Assembly: GCA_019923625.1 (NCBI GenBank)
Contig: JAHXGN010000002.1
Location: forward strand, 1-41,433
Direction: 5' to 3'
Origin: Candidatus Nealsonbacteria bacterium
GTDB taxonomy: Bacteria > Patescibacteriota > Minisyncoccia > Minisyncoccales > RBG-13-42-11
DNA: 41,433 nucleotides
Shown here: one piece after another, positions 38,127 to 41,433 of the stretch
How positions within the stretch are numbered: position 1 is the first letter of the stretch
Layout of the letters: each line of letters begins with the position of its first letter
Translations under genes and position numbers: made by a program
Notes under the pieces: model-generated
What the model saw: the letters and a program-made list of their open reading frames with translations, nothing else
Database searches by the model: none
What the model was told of the DNA's origin: nothing

Positions 38127-39269
38127 ATGATAATTTCGCTTTTAAAGATATTTTTAAGACCGAAAGAAATTTTAAAGAGGGCGAAAAAGTTTTTAAGGGG
38201 TTTAAAAAAAGACCCTTTTTGCTATTTTTGGCTGATTTCCCTTATTTTATTCGGAATTTTAAATTTTAGCTCTTTTTATTTAAACAAAAATTTCAAAATC
38301 GCAGCTCAAAATTTTCTTCCCCCCTTTTTTAATTTACAAAATCAAAACTCCAATCAAGTAGAATTTTTATTTTTAAATTTTTCCGGAAAAACTTCTTTGG
38401 AAGTTCCCAGCCCGATTTTAATTGAAAAAAACAGCTTGAAAGGAATTTCTCCACCCTTAATAATTACTCCACAGGTTTTGGCGGTTCTTGCCGGACAGGA
38501 CTCTTCTTTTCAGGAGTCAAGGGGAATTATTGAATATCTTGTTGAACCAGGAGACAACCTTTGGTTGATTGCCGATAAATTTAATATAACATTAGAGACC
38601 CTGCTTTGGGCTAATAATTTAAATAAGAATTCAAAAATCCAACCGGGTCAAAAATTGGTTATTCTGCCGGTTTCCGGAGTAATTCATTATGTTAGGGCTG
38701 GCGATACGATTTCTGAAATCGCTCAAAAATATCAAGGAAAAATTAGCCAGATTATTACCTTTAATAATCTTATTAAAGAAGATGATATTTTTATCGGCGA
38801 TATTTTAATTATTCCCGACGGGAAAAAACCTTATTCTTCAACAAAACTTGCTTCTCAGTCGGCTTTGGCCGTTCCTTTACCCTCCAATTATTTTATTTAC
38901 CCGACTGTTTCTACTCGGATTAGCCAGGGTCTACACTGGTACAATGCGGTTGATTTTGACGGTCGGTGCGGAGATCAAATTTTTGCTGCGGCTGCTGGAA
39001 CAGTTTTGAGGGTTAAATTAACCGAATCTGTCTCAAGAGACGTTTTCGGCGGAGCAGGCAACCACCTGACAATTTTACACCCCAATGGAACAATAACAAT
39101 GTATGGTCATCTTTTAACCAGTTTTGTCAATCCGGGCGATAGAGTTTCCCAGGGCCAAATTATTGCCCTGATGGGTGGACAACCAGGCGCTCCAGGAGCC
39201 GGAACCTCAACCGGTTGCCATCTTCATTTTGAAGTCAGGCAAGCCAGAAATCCTTTTGTCAGGCAATAA
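38127..39269 (+). CDS. LysM-domain M23 family peptidoglycan metallo-endopeptidase
   Basis: N-terminal TM helix. Two LysM repeats (YLVEPGDNLWLIADKFNITLETLLWANNL and HYVRAGDTISEIAQKY). M23 motifs HWYNAVDF, GNHLTILHPNG and GCHLHFEV. Confidence 0.85.
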   Translation: MIISLLKIFLRPKEILKRAKKFLRGLKKDPFCYFWLISLILFGILNFSSFYLNKNFKIAAQNFLPPFFNLQNQNSNQVEFLFLNFSGKTSLEVPSPILIEKNSLKGISPPLIITPQVLAVLAGQDSSFQESRGIIEYLVEPGDNLWLIADKFNITLETLLWANNLNKNSKIQPGQKLVILPVSGVIHYVRAGDTISEIAQKYQGKISQIITFNNLIKEDDIFIGDILIIPDGKKPYSSTKLASQSALAVPLPSNYFIYPTVSTRISQGLHWYNAVDFDGRCGDQIFAAAAGTVLRVKLTESVSRDVFGGAGNHLTILHPNGTITMYGHLLTSFVNPGDRVSQGQIIALMGGQPGAPGAGTSTGCHLHFEVRQARNPFVRQ

Positions 39270-39283
39270 TTTTACCAATAAAA

Positions 39284-40816
39284 CTAATAATTAAAATCAA
39301 CTCCTTCTTTTAGCCGATAGATTAAGGATTCATTTAAGTGGTCGGATAAAATTTTTTCAGCCTTGTCCAAATCAGCAATAGTTCTGGCTGTTTTTAAAAC
39401 CCGGTGATAGCCTCGGGCTGACAACTTCCTGGCCTCAACATATTTTCTCAAAAGATTTTGACTTGCCAAATCCAATTGGCAATATTTTTTTATTTCCGGA
39501 ATTTCCATCTCCGAATTGGTCTTTTCCTTTAAAAACCTTTCTCTTTGAATTTTCCTGCATTCTTGCACCCTTTCTCTGATTTCTTGACTGTAATTTTCTT
39601 GGTCAGGGCTTACCAGCTTTTCATACCTTAATTCAGGAAGACTAATAAAAATATCAATTCTATCCATTAAGGGTCCGGAAAGCTTTCTTTGATACATTCT
39701 GATTTGAGAATTGGTGCAGTTGCATTTTTTTTCCGGGTCGTTGAAATAACCGCAGGGGCAAGGATTGGTGGCTGCGACCAAAATAAAACGACTGGGGAAG
39801 GTCAGAAAATGTTTTGACCGGGAGACAATAATTTTACCTTCTTCAATCGGCTGTCTTAAACTTTCCAGAACATCGCGGTGAAATTCGGGAAATTCATCTA
39901 AAAATAAAACCCCCCGATGAGCCAAAGTAATTTCACCTGGCCGGGGAGGATTGCCGCCGCCAATTAAAGCTACTTCGGAACAAGTATGATGGGGAGAGCG
40001 AAATGGCCGGAAATTAATCAAAGGATTTTCTTTTGATAAAAATCCAACAATGCTGTAAATTTTAGTTACTTCCAGGGATTCTTCAAAAGAAAGGGGTGGT
40101 AAAATTGAAGGAATGGCTTTGGCTAATAAGCTTTTGCCGGTACCCGGGGGACCAAACATTAAGAGGTGATGACCGCCGGCCGCTGAAATTTCCAAAGCCC
40201 TTTTGCTTAATTCCTGACCCTTGATATAACCCAAATCAAGCGGATAATTTGGCTGGCAAAGAAAATCCTCATAATTCGTTTTTGAAGAAGAAATTTGCCT
40301 TTTTCCTTCCAGATACTCAATGGTTTCTTTTAAATTATTTACTCCGATTATTTTTATTTCTTTAATTAAGCCGGCCTCTAAGACGTTTTCTTTTGGTAAA
40401 AGGACTTCTTCAAATCCTTTTTCTTTGGCCAAATTAGCAAAAATCAAAGCTCCTTTTATTGGTTTGATTCTACCGTCTAAAGCCAGTTCGCCAAAAAAAA
40501 TTTTATTTTCCGATTGAAATTTTATTTTTTTAGTTGATAAAAGACAACCCAAGGCAATGGGCAAGTCATAAAGAGAACCCTCTTTTTTTAAATCGGCCGG
40601 AGCCAAAGAAACCAAGACCTTCAGGGGCTGGTGATGGGGTGATTGAAAACCCGAGCTTTCAATGGCGCTTCCGACCCTTTCTTTTGATTCTTGAATGGCT
40701 TTGTCAGGCAAGCCAATAATTTCAAAATACTTCATCCCAAAAGAGGTATTGATTTCTATTTCCACAACCTGGGATTCCAAGCCCAAAATTGCTCCTGAAA
40801 AAACTTTAGAAGGCAT
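39284..40816 (-). CDS. comM: YifB/ComM-family Mg-chelatase-like AAA+ ATPase
   Basis: N-terminal Lon-protease-like domain, Walker A FGPPGTGKS, Walker B VLFLDEFPEF, Cys cluster CPCGYFNDPEKKCNC, and a C-terminal ChlI-like helix bundle. Confidence 0.9.
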   Translation of the reverse strand: MPSKVFSGAILGLESQVVEIEINTSFGMKYFEIIGLPDKAIQESKERVGSAIESSGFQSPHHQPLKVLVSLAPADLKKEGSLYDLPIALGCLLSTKKIKFQSENKIFFGELALDGRIKPIKGALIFANLAKEKGFEEVLLPKENVLEAGLIKEIKIIGVNNLKETIEYLEGKRQISSSKTNYEDFLCQPNYPLDLGYIKGQELSKRALEISAAGGHHLLMFGPPGTGKSLLAKAIPSILPPLSFEESLEVTKIYSIVGFLSKENPLINFRPFRSPHHTCSEVALIGGGNPPRPGEITLAHRGVLFLDEFPEFHRDVLESLRQPIEEGKIIVSRSKHFLTFPSRFILVAATNPCPCGYFNDPEKKCNCTNSQIRMYQRKLSGPLMDRIDIFISLPELRYEKLVSPDQENYSQEIRERVQECRKIQRERFLKEKTNSEMEIPEIKKYCQLDLASQNLLRKYVEARKLSARGYHRVLKTARTIADLDKAEKILSDHLNESLIYRLKEGVDFNY

Positions 40817-40850
40817 TAACAGTAAATTTTAAAAATAAATTTTAAAAATA

Positions 40851-41375
40851 TCAAAAAGAAAAAGCAAAAACAACAACCAAAATTGTTATAACTAAAATTA
40901 AAATTATTAATCTAATCCAGATTTTTTCTCCCAACGAGGATTTTTGGGGCAAAGGACGGAAAATTTCAATTTGGGGTGGCGGAATTTCCAACTTTTCAAA
41001 TTCAGATGAGCCGAGCGGAGTTTTGGGGCTAACTCCTTCTTTACCAGCCACTTTTTCTAAAAAACTTTTTCTTTCTTTTTCTTCTTTTTCTTGAAGTTCG
41101 GCCAACCTTTTTTTAACCCCCTCTGTTTTTACTTGTCTTAATTTTTCTCTTTCTTTTTTTTCTTCTTCTCCGGCTCTTTTTCTTTTTTCCAAAAGAGCTT
41201 TTAAAGAATTTTCTTTCTCTTCTTTTATTTCTTCTATTCCCTTTGATAACCCTTCTTTTTCTTTCTTTTTTTCTTCAATTTCCCTTTCTTTTCTTTTTAT
41301 TTCTTCCTGTTTTTTTCTTTCTTCTTCCTCTTCTTTTTCCAATCTTCTTTTTTCCTCCTCCGCTTTCTTTTCCAT
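40851..41375 (-). CDS. Glu/Lys-rich coiled-coil protein with C-terminal TM anchor
   Basis: 174 aa. About 110 aa of low-complexity E/K repeats, then IWIRLIILILVITILVVVFAF. The ORF is plausible but low complexity. Confidence 0.45.
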   Translation of the reverse strand: MEKKAEEEKRRLEKEEEEERKKQEEIKRKEREIEEKKKEKEGLSKGIEEIKEEKENSLKALLEKRKRAGEEEKKEREKLRQVKTEGVKKRLAELQEKEEKERKSFLEKVAGKEGVSPKTPLGSSEFEKLEIPPPQIEIFRPLPQKSSLGEKIWIRLIILILVITILVVVFAFSF

Positions 41376-41402
41376 TTCTTCTTTTCTTTTTCTTTCTTCT
41401 TC

Positions 41403-41433
41403 CTCCCGAGCGAAGCGAGGGGGAAGAAGAGAC
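41403..41433. repeat. Partial copy of the GAAGAAG-hairpin / CCCGAGC repeat family, cut by the window end
   Basis: CTCCCGAGCGAAGCGAGGGGGAAGAAGAGAC parallels CTCCCGAGCGCCAGCGAAGGGGAAAGAAGAAAG at 10676. Confidence 0.5.

Noticed and set aside
40851-41375. Interpreting the GAA/AAG-rich stretch as a non-coding repeat rather than a gene
   Set aside because: The reading frame stays open for 174 codons and ends in a clean hydrophobic anchor, which favours a real low-complexity coiled-coil protein. It is kept as a low-confidence CDS.

Overview
This is a low-GC, gene-dense chromosomal segment of about 41 kb. By inference from gene content and minimal protein variants, it comes from a reduced-genome bacterium, probably Patescibacteria/CPR-like. 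It spans the replication-origin neighbourhood (dnaN<-dnaA | rpmH->rnpA->yidC->jag). Left of the origin are mostly minus-strand housekeeping genes: rtcA, mgtE-like, endoQ-like, NIF3, rtcB, a Mur ligase, rpsT, holA, mutM, a histidine kinase/response regulator pair, a 5'-3' exonuclease, tsaE, tyrS, a class A PBP, a PilB-like ATPase and a lamin-tail/ComEA DNA receptor. There is one tRNA-Arg(CCG). I saw no rRNA and no CRISPR array. Right of the origin lies the most interesting block: a tightly packed, roughly 10 kb minus-strand operon (28411-38021). It encodes VirB4, PrgI/VirB3-like and VirB6-like proteins, two VirB2-type pilin-domain proteins, and a Cys-rich repeat adhesin of about 870 aa fused to a pilin module and split by a homopolymer frameshift. 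No coupling protein, relaxase or integrase is visible. A LysM/M23 hydrolase and comM flank the operon. The second theme is repeats. At least five families of short GC-rich palindromic or inverted-repeat elements fill intergenic DNA and reach into gene ends, and one family brackets an IS200-like/RAYT Y1 transposase. Several genes next to repeats are truncated relative to their families (rtcB, endoQ-like, an mgtC-like remnant). A few consensus promoters drive candidate small structured RNAs. All functional calls come from motif recognition by eye. No database search was run.
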